From Eledone cirrhosa (taxonomy: Eukaryota): a stretch of DNA of 64,000 nucleotides. A program made the translations under genes and the position numbers. This document shows positions 24,768-37,400 of this stretch, in pieces. The stretch covers positions 281,914,001 through 281,978,000 of the forward strand of contig OZ024743.1 of assembly GCA_964016885.1 (NCBI GenBank), read 5' to 3'. Each line of letters begins with the position of its first letter. Position 1 is the first letter of the stretch. The notes under the pieces were generated by a model. The model made no database searches, was not told where the DNA came from, and saw nothing but the letters and a program-made list of their open reading frames with translations.

Positions 24768-25533
24768 GCGATCAAACTTTTTTCTTCATAATTTTATATA
24801 CATGTCCTATGTTTCAGGTCGTCAAGCAATGAGCACAGAGAAACGAACAAACTTGAAAACTCTGTCAGAAGCACTGGGATTGCTGCAGCAAGTGTATGGA
24901 GATGAGACAATGTCACACTCACGTGTTTTTGAATGGTGCAAGAGGTTTAAAGAAGGATGCGAGGACATGAAAAATGACCCTAGGAGTGGAAGGCCCTCAA
25001 CAACCAGGACTGAGGTCAACATTGAGCGCATCAGGCAGATGGTACGTAGCGATCATCGCCTGACTGTTTGACTGATGGCAAATGAGCTGGGTATGAATCG
25101 GGATAGCGTCTGGAAGATTCTCACTGAAGATTTGGACATGCGGAAAGTCTGCGCGAAGATGGTGCCAAAACTGCTGAACGATGACCAGAAGGGTTGATGC
25201 ATGCAAGTGTGCCAGGACATCCTCGAGCGTCTTGAAACAGAACCAGACTTACTAGGGTCAGTCATCACCGGTGATGACACATGGATCTTCGAGGACGACC
25301 CGGAGGGGACCCGTTTTGAAGATGTGGACGACATCAAAAAGGCTGTGACGACGTAACTGCGGAGGATCCCGGAAGAATCCTTCCAGGAGTGCATGCAAGC
25401 GTGGCAGAAAAGGATGGAAAAGTGCATTAGACTCCAGGGGGTTTACTTTGAAGGAGAAAACTCTTAGTGTGAAGTTTGGGTTTGAAATAAATCTTTTGTG
25501 ACATCAGTCCTGGAACTTTTCTGACCCACCTTG
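24638..25533 (+). mobile_element. Mariner (Tc1/mariner) DNA transposon, internally deleted
   Basis: TA site, ~100-bp TIRs CGAGGTGTGTCAGAAAAGTTCC; VYGDETMS..VFEW.KRF...RSGRP HTH, ITGDDTW, and YFEG C-terminus. Confidence 0.9.
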
Positions 25534-25537
25534 CATA

Positions 25538-25568
<31 letters not shown>

Positions 25569-25601
25569 CATCATTTCATTTTACGTCCGCTTTTCCCTGC
25601 T

Positions 25602-25640
<39 letters not shown>

Positions 25641-25829
25641 ATATATATATCATCATCATCATCAGGTTTAGCGTCCGTGTTCCACGCTTGCATGGGTTTG
25701 GACGGGGGTTTTCCCACTTGAGGCAAGAGTGGTTGTCTTGCTCGCATAGGACTGTCTGGCGGGTTTTCTACAGTTGGATGCCCTTCCTAACACCAACCAC
25801 ATTTACAGTGTGGGATATATATGTATATA

Positions 25830-26177
25830 TCATCATCATTTCATTTCATTTCATTTTACGTCCGCTTTTTCCCTGCTTGCAAGGGTGGGACGGGAACTGA
25901 TTCTGGCTTGATTTCTACAGCTGGATGCCCTTCCTAACACCAACCTCATTTACAGTGAGTGCTGGGTGCTTTTTTGCCGGGGCACCTCCACGACCACTTT
26001 GCAGTGGAATGGTATGGACCCCAGTCCCTATCATCTCATTTCTACAACTGAGTAAACTGGAGCAATGTGAAATAAAGTGTCTTGCTCAAGGAAACAACAC
26101 ATCACTCGGTCTGAGAATTGAACTCACAACCTTTCGATTGCAAGGCCAATGTTCTAACCACTAAGCCATGTGCCTCC
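25830..26177 (-). mobile_element. Full-length CORE-type SINE with RTE tail
   Basis: head GGCACATGGCTTAGTGGTTAG...GGTTGTGAGTTCAATTC, CORE-like block, RTE 3' UTR. Confidence 0.78.
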
Positions 26178-26575
26178 CGCCTTACCTAAGTACAAAGTGA
26201 AACCTACTACAGTCAGTAGGCACCTCTAACAAAATACACCCCCGTCCCACTACCCCCACCCCATCCACACCACACCTTTCAATGTAAAGTTATGTTGGTA
26301 CCACAACATCCAGCCCGAAACAAATGAGGTCGTGTAGGTGTCACAACAAAAAAACACACAGTCCACGCTGTAATGTGGCCGTGTAGGTAACACGGTAAAA
26401 ACCTCCCAGTTCCACACTGTAAATGTGGTTGGTGTTAGGAAGGGCATCCAGCCGTAGAAAACCCGCCAGACAGTCCTATGCGAGCAAGACAACCACTCTT
26501 GCCTCAAGTGGGAAAACACCCGTCCAAACCCATGCAAGCGTGGAATATGGACGTTAAACGATGATGATGATGATG

Positions 26576-26577
<2 letters not shown>
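26178..26577 (+). mobile_element. RTE 3' UTR fragment
   Basis: matches 1557-1945. Confidence 0.8.
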
Positions 26578-26606
<29 letters not shown>

Positions 26607-26715
26607 CACACACACATATATATATATATCAAAAGTGACACATGGCTTAGTGGTTATACCATCGGCCTTGCAATCGAAAGGTTGTGAGTTCAATTCTCAG
26701 ACAGGGTGATGTGTT

Positions 26716-29700
26716 GTTAGGGCATCAACATACATTAACCTTGGTCTTCCTCTTCCAGTGTGTCCACGCAGGGGCTCCCACAGGAGCACTGAGTGCAGTT
26801 TCAACTCTGGATGTCGGTGAGCATGTCCAGCTAACCGCAGTCTCCTCTCTGTCACTTTTGAGCTGACTTTTGGGAGGCTCCCATACAGCTCTGAGTTTTT
26901 CATCCTCAGTGTATACTGATTAATGTTCAGAGCCATCCTCAGCATTCTTGTGTAGCACCCATCCACCATCTAAGTGAGTTTCTTGGTCAATATCCAAGTC
27001 TCAAACCCATACAGCAGCACAGACTCCACTATAGCAATGAAGAGGCGGATTTTCAGGTCTTCATGAAGGTCCGCCTTCCACACCGATCTCAAGCTGTGGC
27101 ACACCGCCCAGGCTTTGCTCTTCCTCTCAACCACATCATCTTCTGTATTCCTAATCTTTGCTCCCAAATACAGGAAGTCCTCAACTAATTCCAGCGGCTT
27201 CCCGCCTACATTAGTGATCCCCTCTGGCTTCTCAACATTCTCTACCAGACATTTTGTTTTAGTCTCATTCATTCTCAGCCCCACACTCATCGACACAGTC
27301 TCAACTTCTTGCATCAAATCCTCTGCCTCCTTCACTGTATTTGTCACCAAAACTATGTCGTCGGCAAATTCAGTATCCGATATCTTTTTCGCCTTAACTC
27401 TCCTGCTCTGAGTCAGTGTTACAGTAAAGCCAGAGTCCTGCTGTTTCTCCAGTGCAAGGCACATACAATAGTCCACTACGATGATAAAAAGGTAGGAAGC
27501 CAATGTATCTCCCTGGAACACTCCAGCCAGTATCTCAAAGAACTCTGTCATCCCATAATAAGGTGTAATGACTTGGACTTTGGTGTTGGTGTAGAGCAGG
27601 GATATCAGGTCCACTATCTTCTTGGGGATTCCATAAGCCTGTAAGATCTTCATCAGGCAGTGACGGTCCACAGAATCAAAGGCCTTCCAAAAGTCAATGA
27701 AGACCAGGACCGCAGGAAGGCACTTTGCTCTAGCTCCCTCTAATATCCTCCTCAGCATCAGGATGTGACTGGTGGTTGATCTTCCCTCTCTGAAGCCGTT
27801 CTGGTTGTCCCTGAGCTTCTTCTCCATCTCGGGCTGGATCCTGTTAAGAATCATCCTGTTGAGGGTCTTTGCCACAAGTGACGTCAGTGAGATCCCCCTG
27901 TAGTTGTTGGTGTTATAGAGATCTCCCTTCTTTGGCACTGGGACGATGTTACTGATCCTCCACTGATTCGAGGCAACTCCTTTCTCCAGTGCCTAGTTAC
28001 AGAACCCCAGGATGATATCATCAAAATCACACCTCTTCATCACCTCTGATGCCACTCCATCTTCTCCATGAGCTTTGCCCTCCTTGATCTTCTTCTTGGC
28101 TCTCTGAAGCTCCTCTCTGGTGAAGGGCTCTGTCTCAATATCCAGTTCTTCAAACAACCGCCTGATCTCCCCAGTGTTCTGGGCTGTGGAGGCGGCTCTG
28201 CTAGTAGGGTCCTAAAATGGTCTAGCCATTTCCCCTTCCTGTCCTCGGGCCCTGTTCCCTGGATTTGGCTCGAACACCTTCTCTTCCTCCCTGTGATCTC
28301 GTTGATGATCATCCAGCTCTCCTTACATCCAGACCTGCCAACCATTCTCTCCACACTTCTGATCTTCTCTATCAGTGCCTCCTCTCTGATCTCAGTGTAA
28401 GCGGTACAGAGTTCTTTCCTCATCACTTCCACATTCTCCTTCCTCTCCTCCATAGGATCAGCATAGAATTGATCCTTGGCAGCTTTCAGGTGTTCTCTGG
28501 CTGCACACACTTTTGGGTCTGAGGAGCTGACGTGCTTCCTTTTGTTCTTTCTCCTCGGCACCAGAGTCTCACTTGCTTCTGCCACTGATTTGGTGAAGTA
28601 CCTATACCTCCTCGTCACACTCTCCTCAGTCCATCCAATCTCTCTCTCTCTCTCCTGTCTGTCAACACAGAGCACTGAACCTGTTCCTCACTTCTACTGT
28701 GAACCTCTCCTGTAGCTTATCATCTTCCTTGAAAGCTCCCCAGTCATAGATTGCTCTCTGGAGCCGAGCCTTGCTCTTTCTTAAGCTCACCCGAACCTCC
28801 CTCATAACAAGCTGGTGGTTACTACCCAGTGTACTGAAATAGTTGTATGGTTCTGTGTTCAGAACACTATTCCACTACTTTTTCCTCACCAGAATGAAAT
28901 CAATCTGGGACTTGGACAGGTGCATATCTGAGATATAGGTCCACATCTTCCCCGGATTCTTCCTAAACCTTAGGTTGGTCGCTATCAAGTTCGCCTCCAG
29001 CAGGGTGTCTCTCAGTAGTCTTCCATTTCAGTTGGTATTGTTATGGAAGTACCAGCAAGCATCTTCACTGCCCTCCTTACTCAGATGTGCATTGAAGTCC
29101 CGCAGAACAAGCAGGATGTTGTGTGCTTGTGTGGTGTTGACAGCTCTACGCACCTCCTCATGGAACTCTTCCGCACTCACATCACTGTCTCCCTCGGTTG
29201 GACTATAGGCTGAGATGACTGTCAGTCTAGGGTTTCCATTGAAGGTCACCCTCAACACTTGCGGGGAGACAGGCATTATTTCCCTCACCAATAGACTGGT
29301 TTTTGTGCTGAAAACAAAACCCACTCCTCCTACTGCAGCATTGGTCATGTTCTTCACTGCCGATGTGGTAATGAGCTGGCTCATCTTCCCAATCATCATA
29401 CTCCTCACTGGCTCATTGTGTAGGATCCTGTGTTCTTGGATCGCAAGTATCTGAATACTACTCTCATCGAACAGATGACCCAACTCCTCTCTCTTCTCAA
29501 GCGTCCGAATAGTCCTCACATTCAAAGTGCCCATTTTGATGGCTCTTCTGCAGGACAAAACTGCATTCTTTATATTTGTTTCAGAGATGGCTGATCCATC
29601 ATCCACTGGCCCTCCCTGTGGCTCTTAGCCAGCAGAGTCATAATACCCAGACTACTCCTTGACAGTGTAGTTAGGGGCTCTAACCCTAGTGCTGTTAGAT

Positions 29701-29860
29701 AGACTCTCCATATTTCTTTTCAATGGCTGACAATACCTTACCAGCACCACTCGAATAAGGTAATTATTTAACCCATAAATGGGGCCCTAACAGGTACTAC
29801 TACTCCGGGCCAGAGCAGACCCAGGAGTTATGACAACTAAGGGGTAACTCCACATTCCCC
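26716..29860 (-). mobile_element. Near full-length APE-RT LINE of a second RTE-like family, inactivated
   Basis: APE 29028-29606 (GTLNVRT, AIQEHR, SAYSPT, DFNAH); RT 26970-27938 (QNGFREGRST, KAFDSV, GVFQGDTLA, EFADD); RRLRLAGH C-terminus. Confidence 0.9.
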
Positions 29861-30229
29861 ACATAGTCACTACTTTAAAATAATAGCGCAAGGTCTTCAA
29901 AATGTTTTTAATTAAATATACAGTATATTGCCAAATATACTATACATATATTCATGTATACATCGCTATTTCAGAGCACCAATCCTAATTTTCAATTTTT
30001 GCTGGACCGGCTATCGCTCTGTATAATCAGTTCCTGATTATTACTGGAATTCTATAAGAATCCAGCCTCTATAATTTTCAACAAAGGTCGGCGAGTGCTG
30101 GGAGTTCTACAATGGGATGAGACCGTTACTCGTACTGTGTTTCCTACCATTACTAAGCATACTCGTCCTTTTCGCTAATATGGTGGTGTCGGGTTCATGG
30201 GGTTTAGTGGTCATGCAGTCTCAGGGGTG

Positions 30230-31260
30230 ATACTAACCACCCCGGGCCCGACGCCCCCAACTGCAAGACACGAAGCGGGACGGATAGAGGATCATCCCAT
30301 TGTAGAACTCCCAGCGTGGGCAACAACCACCCCACAGGTACGGGCCGGGAAGCTAGCAAAACACATAACGCCCAAAGGGGAAGCAACAATGCGGGAACCA
30401 CTAGCAACCCAACAACTCCCCAACAGCCCACAGCACACTCAACCCACCCACATAGGAATAGATGTAGAAAAATCACGTGGTACAACCCACCCTACTCAGC
30501 GGCCCTAAAGAACAGCCTGGCCCGGTCATTCTTTAGAGCACTAGATAAATGCTTCCCGAGGGACCATAGATACCACAAGATCTTCAACAGACATACTGTG
30601 AAGCTCTCGTATTCTACCACACGCAACATAGCTAGCATCAATAGGGGTAGACTTAGAAATTACACACAACCAGAAGCTGGCAATATAAGCACCCAGCAGA
30701 GCCATGTGGAGGGAAGGAAGGGTGGACCTAGTACCCACCCTGTGAACCCAAACAGACCCAGAGACCCCTCACCGGGCCAAGGGGAAGACCACCCTATAAT
30801 GCGCAACGGGAACCCCACATTTGGCACTTGGGGATCAACCACCTCCTGCAACTGCAGAACCCCCACATTATGCCCCCTTAGTAATGAATGCCTAAGGAAG
30901 AACTTAAAACACCCAACTCTGAGCATCTTTACATAGGAGCCACATCAACGAGCTTCAAAGACCGATAGTATAACCATCGCCATTTCTTTAATAGGTAGGA
31001 CAAAAGGAAAAGTACGGCTCTTTCCGAACTGATCTGGAAGCTCAAGCTGAACAGGACCCCGTACTCTCTGGCCTGGTCCAAAATCAGGCAAGTACCACCT
31101 GATAGAGGGGATCTGGCATCTGCAAACTATGTCTGAGCAAGACCCTCGAGATACTCAGCGGTGGAAGCAACCTAATAAATCTCAGGACCGACTTTTTCGG
31201 TACATGTAGACACCTCAGGGCCGGGACCTCCCTCAAGCTATATGGATAATAATAACACAT
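30230..31260 (+). mobile_element. Penelope-like element, 3' ORF remnant (Neptune-type Cys linker and GIY-YIG)
   Basis: ITWYNPPYS...DKCFP..H..HKIFNRHTVKLSYS, CNCRTPTLCPL, then frameshifted YIGATSTSFKDR...STALSELIWKLK. Confidence 0.85.
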
Positions 31261-31460
31261 TGGGATGGGAACTTCCCTCAAGCTATAGGGACAGTAGCCC
31301 CGCCACACCGAGCCCAAGGTAAACCACCCCCTACACACTCATCACCCCTACTCCTGCCTCGATCGACTCCTATAGCAACACATACTTATACATGTCCATA
31401 CATAGATACTATTGTTTAAAATTATACATACATAGATACTTACATGTATGTGTATGTGTG

Positions 31461-31495
<35 letters not shown>

Positions 31496-31496
31496 A

Positions 31497-31556
<60 letters not shown>

Positions 31557-31984
31557 AGGAATGCACCTGAGCCTGTGTTTATGCGTGTGTGCTTGCAACG
31601 ATGTGCGTTGAAAAACACACATATGTACTTTATGCCGAAATAGGAACTGTAGCCCTTTGCATTTCCGGATTTTGACACTCAGGTTTTTGGTGTTTTACAC
31701 TCCACCTTTATCTCATTTGCTCTTAAAATGCACCACTCAATGATAGTGTAAGAATTGTAATTCTTTACACTTCTCGATTCTGACACACAGGTTTTCTACT
31801 TCTGTTAATATTTTTCTAATATTTTAAAAATCTTTTAAATTTTGATATTGGTTGTAACACACACATTTTTTATTATTATTTTATTTGTTTGGCACCCCAC
31901 CCCCACCACCACCACATGAAATGGTGGCAGGATAGATGCCAACCTACACACAAATTCTTCTGAACATAGCAGCAGTACACTAAA

Positions 31985-32512
31985 GCTGACCTGCCAGCTG
32001 ACCCCTTAACACCACTACCACTACCAACACAATGGAGGAAGTCAGCTGTACTTAAACAAAAACTACTACAACAGATTGTCTTGCCTCAGAAAAATTTCTA
32101 TAGACTTTTGACTGAGGAATGTTCTCACAACTGACCAATGGGATGCGAGCGTGTCCTATGATGGTGAAATTCGTTTGTTCTAACTCATATGATTCCAGTT
32201 CCTCAGAGAAATAACAACACTACCAGGAGCTGGACATATCGATGGATTGACGGAGTAAAACACACTTCAACAACATGTGTACCTGTCTTTCCCACACCAA
32301 TTCGGACTGCCTGAAGAGGTCACAACCAATGATGGCTGTCACCGAAATATATATAGCAGTATATCTATAATTTGTAATAAACGAAGCCAAATTTTACATA
32401 TTTGACTTAATTATTTTACATTACTCCGGAGTAAACAAACCAACCTGCGTACTTCGTCAAGTGCTCCAATCTGCATACTGAGGTGTCGGTAAACAACCAA
32501 CATATACTCAAA

Positions 32513-32515
<3 letters not shown>
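31985..32515 (+). mobile_element. Penelope pLTR-like repeat, homologous to the arms of the 23412-24767 palindrome
   Basis: shares gctgacccc...gcctcagaaa..atttctatagacttttgactgaggaatg...catatactcaaaat with 24122-24590. Confidence 0.7.
32306..32360 (+). ncRNA. Minimal type I hammerhead ribozyme motif
   Basis: ACTGC-CTGAAGA-GGTCACAACCA ATGA TGGCTGTCACC-GAAA-TATATA-TA-GCAGT; perfect 5-bp stem I. Confidence 0.7.
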
Positions 32516-32587
<72 letters not shown>

Positions 32588-32593
32588 CATATA

Positions 32594-33054
32594 TATCATC
32601 ATCATTATCGTTTAACGTCCATCTTCCACGCTTGCATGGGTTTGGACGGGAATTTTCCCACTTGAGGCAAGATTGGTTGACTTGCTCGTATAGGACTGTC
32701 TGGAGGGTTTTCTACGGCTGGATGCCCTTCCTAACACCAACCATGTTTACAGTGTAGACTGGGATGTTTTTACCGTGTTACCTACACGGCCACATTACAG
32801 CGCGGAATATGTGTTTTTTTTTTTGTCGTGACACCTACACGAGCTCATTTGTTTCGGACTGGATGTTGTGGTACCAACATAACATAACTTTACATTGAAA
32901 GGGGCGGTGTGGATGGGGTGGGGGTAGTGGGATGCGCTGTATTTTTGTTAGAGGTGCCTACTGACTGTAGGTTTCACTTTGTACTTAGGCAAGGCGGGTC
33001 TTGTGTATTACTGTGTAGCGCCAAAGATCTCGGTCCAGTGACATTGTCTTGGAG

Positions 33055-33057
<3 letters not shown>
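32594..33057 (-). mobile_element. RTE 3' fragment
   Basis: reverse complement of the 1497-1945 family. Confidence 0.85.
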
Positions 33058-33094
<37 letters not shown>

Positions 33095-33100
<6 letters not shown>

Positions 33101-33451
33101 AATGAATACAAAGGCGTATATACCGTTAAAACATGTTTATATAACAATGCACCTATGTACGTTTCGCCCAGAACGGGCTTCTCAAGGGCATAGAAAACAA
33201 AAAAATGATCAGTACGCGACCCAGGAGGGGTTTTAAGGTTAAATTCACATCAGTGGCAATAACAACACATGTACTTAAACGAAGAATGAACTCTGATGTG
33301 AATTTAACCTTAAAACCTCTCCTGGGTCGCGTACTGATCATTTTTTTGTTTTCTATGCCCTTGAGAAGTCCGTTCTGGATGAAACGTACATAGGTACATT
33401 GTTATATAAACATGTTTTAACGGTTTATACTCCTTTGTATTCATTTCTTTT
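33095..33451. repeat. Fold-back inverted repeat, ~160-bp arms
   Basis: 33095-33253 pairs with 33293-33451; mirrored ORFs. Confidence 0.9.
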
Positions 33452-33605
33452 GTAACCGCTCTGCTTATTTTCTCACCCACTAAATATCAACGCTTCTAAT
33501 ATTTAACCCTGTAGGCACGAGTATTGAGCACATTTGCACAAACTATTGGCAACTAAATATATGTATCGGTTATCTTTCCTTTTTTTTCTCTCTCTCGATA
33601 CTTAA

Positions 33606-33663
<58 letters not shown>

Positions 33664-33713
33664 TGTGTGTGTGTGTGTGTGTGTGTATATATTTATATAT
33701 ATATATATATATA

Positions 33714-34407
33714 TGAAAATATGGGTGAGAAGAATACTGCTGGTTGCACATGGATAACATGTTATAAAATGAGTCCCTCATCAGTGATTTACCAAACGAT
33801 CATGGGTATTTCATCGCATTAAAAATCATATACCTCACGTTGGAGCGATAATAACTAAAATAAGTTATTAGGACAATAGAAACGCGTAAAGCGAGTGAGA
33901 CAAGTAAACAACACAAGGGGAAGCTAACCGAAGATGGAAATAAACACAAGCAACATAGTTATTCTTTCAGCATAAGCTGTGTGAATATATGAGCGAGTCA
34001 GAAAACAGACCTTTCGCTAGTGAATCCGGTGTTAGAAAGAATGAAAACCGTTTTCCCAGCGAACGGGAGGAAGAAAGAAGGGGAGAAACAGGGACTGAGT
34101 GAGTGCGAGTGCGAGGAAGAGGTCAGTAGAGAGAAAGAGTTAACTGACATGGCAGAGGGGACGAAAGAAAGTAAGAGAAACAGAGAGAACGAGGGAGCAG
34201 TAAGAGAGAAAGAGAGAAACACAGAATTGCAGTTTGGGTAAATATATGAAAATATGGGCGAGAAGAATACTGCTGGTTGCACATGGATAACATGTTATAA
34301 AATGAGTCCTTCATCAGTGATTTACCAAACGATCATGGGTATTTCATCGCATTAAAAATCATATACCTCACGTTGGAGCGATAATAACTAAAATAAGTTA
34401 TTAGGAC

Positions 34408-34408
<1 letters not shown>
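33714..34408. mobile_element. Small element with 162-bp TG...CA direct terminal repeats (TRIM-like)
   Basis: 33714-33875 and 34247-34408 differ at 2 positions; 371-bp non-coding purine-rich interior; (TA)n flanks. Confidence 0.6.
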
Positions 34409-34429
<21 letters not shown>

Positions 34430-34439
<10 letters not shown>

Positions 34440-35745
34440 AGATCAAAAGATGGTTAAAGGAGTTCCATGTATTTTATTATGCGCATTTCAAAAACAAACA
34501 TCATCATGCAATAATATTTGTGTTTTCATCAGATAAAACAGGAGGACATGATATGAAGGCTAAAAAACACTTGTGGATAGTGCAGTTTTAAATCAACATA
34601 TGAGAAGTAGTTTTAGATTGATGTGTGATATTGGGAAAAATATTTTATTTAGAGAGGGGGGGGTGGAAAGGATGAAAAAAAAGGGGAGGAGATGAGAGTG
34701 AAGGTGGAGAGGGAGAGATGGGTGATAGAGAGAGAGAGATAGTTTTTATAACTGAGAAAGATATATTGTTTTATATAGAGAGGTTGAAAACCGTTGGAAG
34801 ATAATGTATAAATTAAAAGAATTTGAAAATTAATGAAGGGAAAAATATGTACGAAGAAGGAGAGGGAGTTAATATGTATTGAGATTAAAAAGTTTGATGA
34901 TAGAGAGAATAGAATAATGAATTGCGGATGAATATTCTAACGTCAAAAAAATGTGTGTATGTTTACAAGTATTATGGAAATTTGAAAATTAACGAAGAGA
35001 AAAAAAATTATTAAGGTTTGTGTATTGAAGGATTTGAGAAAAATAATGTGAAGTTAAGGTTTGTATATTGAAGGAATTGATAATATGTGTGAAGAAAGAG
35101 TTAATATGTATTAAGAATGAGTTAGATGATGGGGAGAAAAAAATAATGAATTAAGGATGAATAATCTGGCGTCAAAACAAATGTATATGTTACGAAGGAT
35201 TTTACAAGGTGAAAATAGAGTAAGGGTAAGGAGTAAACAAGTATTATAGAGTGTATAATACCCTTTGAAATAAGGTAGGAAGATGGGTATATTTTAAAAG
35301 AGGTGTATGTATATGTGCCTTTGAGAAAAGATTCTAAATTGATAAAGAATTGAATATTAGCTGTATACTTTGTGAAATGTCTTATGGAATTTATGCAAGC
35401 AGATAGAAAACAAATCTGTTCGTCTATTTATTATAGAATCTAGATTAGAGATAATGGTAAATTTTTCATTTAGGCAGAGATTGCAGATTTTAGATAGAGA
35501 GCTGTTCAAGTATGAAGACGCAGAAGAAACCTTCTTCCAAAAGATGGTATATTTGATGTTTTTGTCTTTCAAGGACCATATGAGTTCTGAGAGAGCCGTG
35601 TTGGTTCTTTTAAGTTTGTATTTAAAAGATGAATGATGATTATAGAGACGAGCTTTAAAAGAGGTGGAAGTGGAGCCAAAATAGGTGAAGGAATTGGTGT
35701 TGGTTATAACTTCACATTCATAAATTAAGTTTTTATCAAGACAAT
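34430..35745 (-). mobile_element. Penelope-like element 3' end (GIY-YIG, 3' UTR, hammerhead)
   Basis: CLDKNLIYEC...YFGSTSTSFKARLYNH...TALSELIW...CNLCLNEK at 35357-35745. Confidence 0.85.
34470..34540 (-). ncRNA. Minimal type I hammerhead ribozyme motif
   Basis: TGTTTTAT-CTGATGA-stem II-GAAA-TGCGCA-TA-ATAAAATA; 8-bp stem I, palindromic stem III. Confidence 0.72.
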
Positions 35746-35814
<69 letters not shown>

Positions 35815-35839
35815 ATATATATGTATATATATATATATA

Positions 35840-36305
35840 TAAAGAAAAAGGCCAACAATTCCAAGCCCTACAATACAAACCTGCAAACACAAATACAGTA
35901 CAAGACAGTTACGCCAGACCAGGAGGGACCGATATCCCCGTGTCGAAATCGAAACGAGACCTGGGTATAGACATGAGCGATGGTGCATCTTTTTCCTCAC
36001 ACATCATGAAGGTGGTGACAATGTGCAGACGACTCGTTGGCTGGATCTTGAGGACTTTCCAGAAAAGAGACTGAGACACCATGTTGACACTATGGAGGAC
36101 ATTTGTCCTAAGCCGCCTGGACTATTGCTCTCAGTTGTGATCACCCCATAGTGTCAAACTAACCATGGAGCTTGAGGCAATCCAGCAAAGCTACACCAAG
36201 AGGATTGCGACGATGAAGGAGATAAGCTACTGGGAGTGGCTAAAAGAACTGAACCTCTACTCCTTGGAACGAAGACGAGAGTGATACGCAGTGATCTACA
36301 CGTGG
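35840..36305 (+). mobile_element. CR1/L2/Jockey-type LINE RT C-terminal fragment
   Basis: RDLGI...[31 protein letters not shown]. Confidence 0.7.
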
Positions 36306-36419
36306 AAAATATATATATATATATATACATATATACATATATACACATATATATATATATATACATACATAAACATACACACATACACATATATATAACA
36401 TATATATATATACATATAC

Positions 36420-36450
<31 letters not shown>

Positions 36451-36532
36451 CATATATATATATCATCATCATCATCGTTTAACGTCCATCTTCCACGCTT
36501 GCATGGGTTTGGAATATATATATATATATGGA

Positions 36533-37400
36533 ATATCATCATCATCATCATCAACGTTTAACGTCCGTGTTCCACGCTTGCATGGGTTTGGACGGGGGTT
36601 TTCCCACTTGAGGCAAGAGTGATTGTCTTGCTCGCATAGGACTGTCTGGCGGGTTTTCTACAGCTGGATGCCCTTCCTAACACCAACCACATTTACAGTG
36701 TGGGTCTGGGAGGTTTTTACCGTGTTGCCTACACGGCCACATTACAGCGTGGACTGTGTGTTTTTTTGTCGTGACACCTACACGATCTCATTTGTTTCGG
36801 CCTGGATGGTGTGGCACCAACATAACTTTACATAGAAGGGGGTGGTGTGGATGGGGTGGGGGTGGTGGGACGGGGGTGTATTTTGTTAGAGATGCCTACT
36901 GACTGTAGTAGGTTTTACTATGTATTTAGGTAAGGCGGGTCTTCTCTATTACTGAGTACCGCCAAAGGTCTCGGCCCAGTGACATTGTCTTGGAGAGGTG
37001 TAAGTGTGTGAGGTCGGAGTTTATCAGCTCGTCCCAGGTTTTTCTAGGTCTGCCTATTCCGTGGCTACCGTCTATCTTTATTGCCCTGCACTTTGTTATA
37101 CAGCTATCGACTTTCATGCGCATCACGTGTCCATACCAACGCAGCCTTCTCTCGAGTAAACAACATCTGATCCCTCTTATTTCTAATTTTTTCCTTAGTT
37201 CGTTTATGCTTTGCCGTTCACGTATATTACTATTACACATCCAGCGGAGCATGCAAGCTTCGTTCCTCTCTAGTCTGCGTATATCCTCTGCACACAATGC
37301 CCAGGTCTCACTGCCATGCAACATTGCTGTTCGTATGCAGGCATCATACAACCTGCCTTTCATTTTTAGGGAGAACCCTTTAGCGGTTAATAGTGGTATA
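36533..37400 (-). mobile_element. RTE 3' fragment
   Basis: ORF 36926-37363 near-identical to 1132-1569. Confidence 0.9.

Noticed and set aside
29700-29860. Possible HDV-like ribozyme at the LINE 5' end
   Set aside because: Plausible for RTE elements, but I could not build the nested pseudoknot by eye
33770-33790. CTGATGA on the minus strand (also ~34310, ~900, ~18116)
   Set aside because: No stem II followed by GAAA, so not a hammerhead
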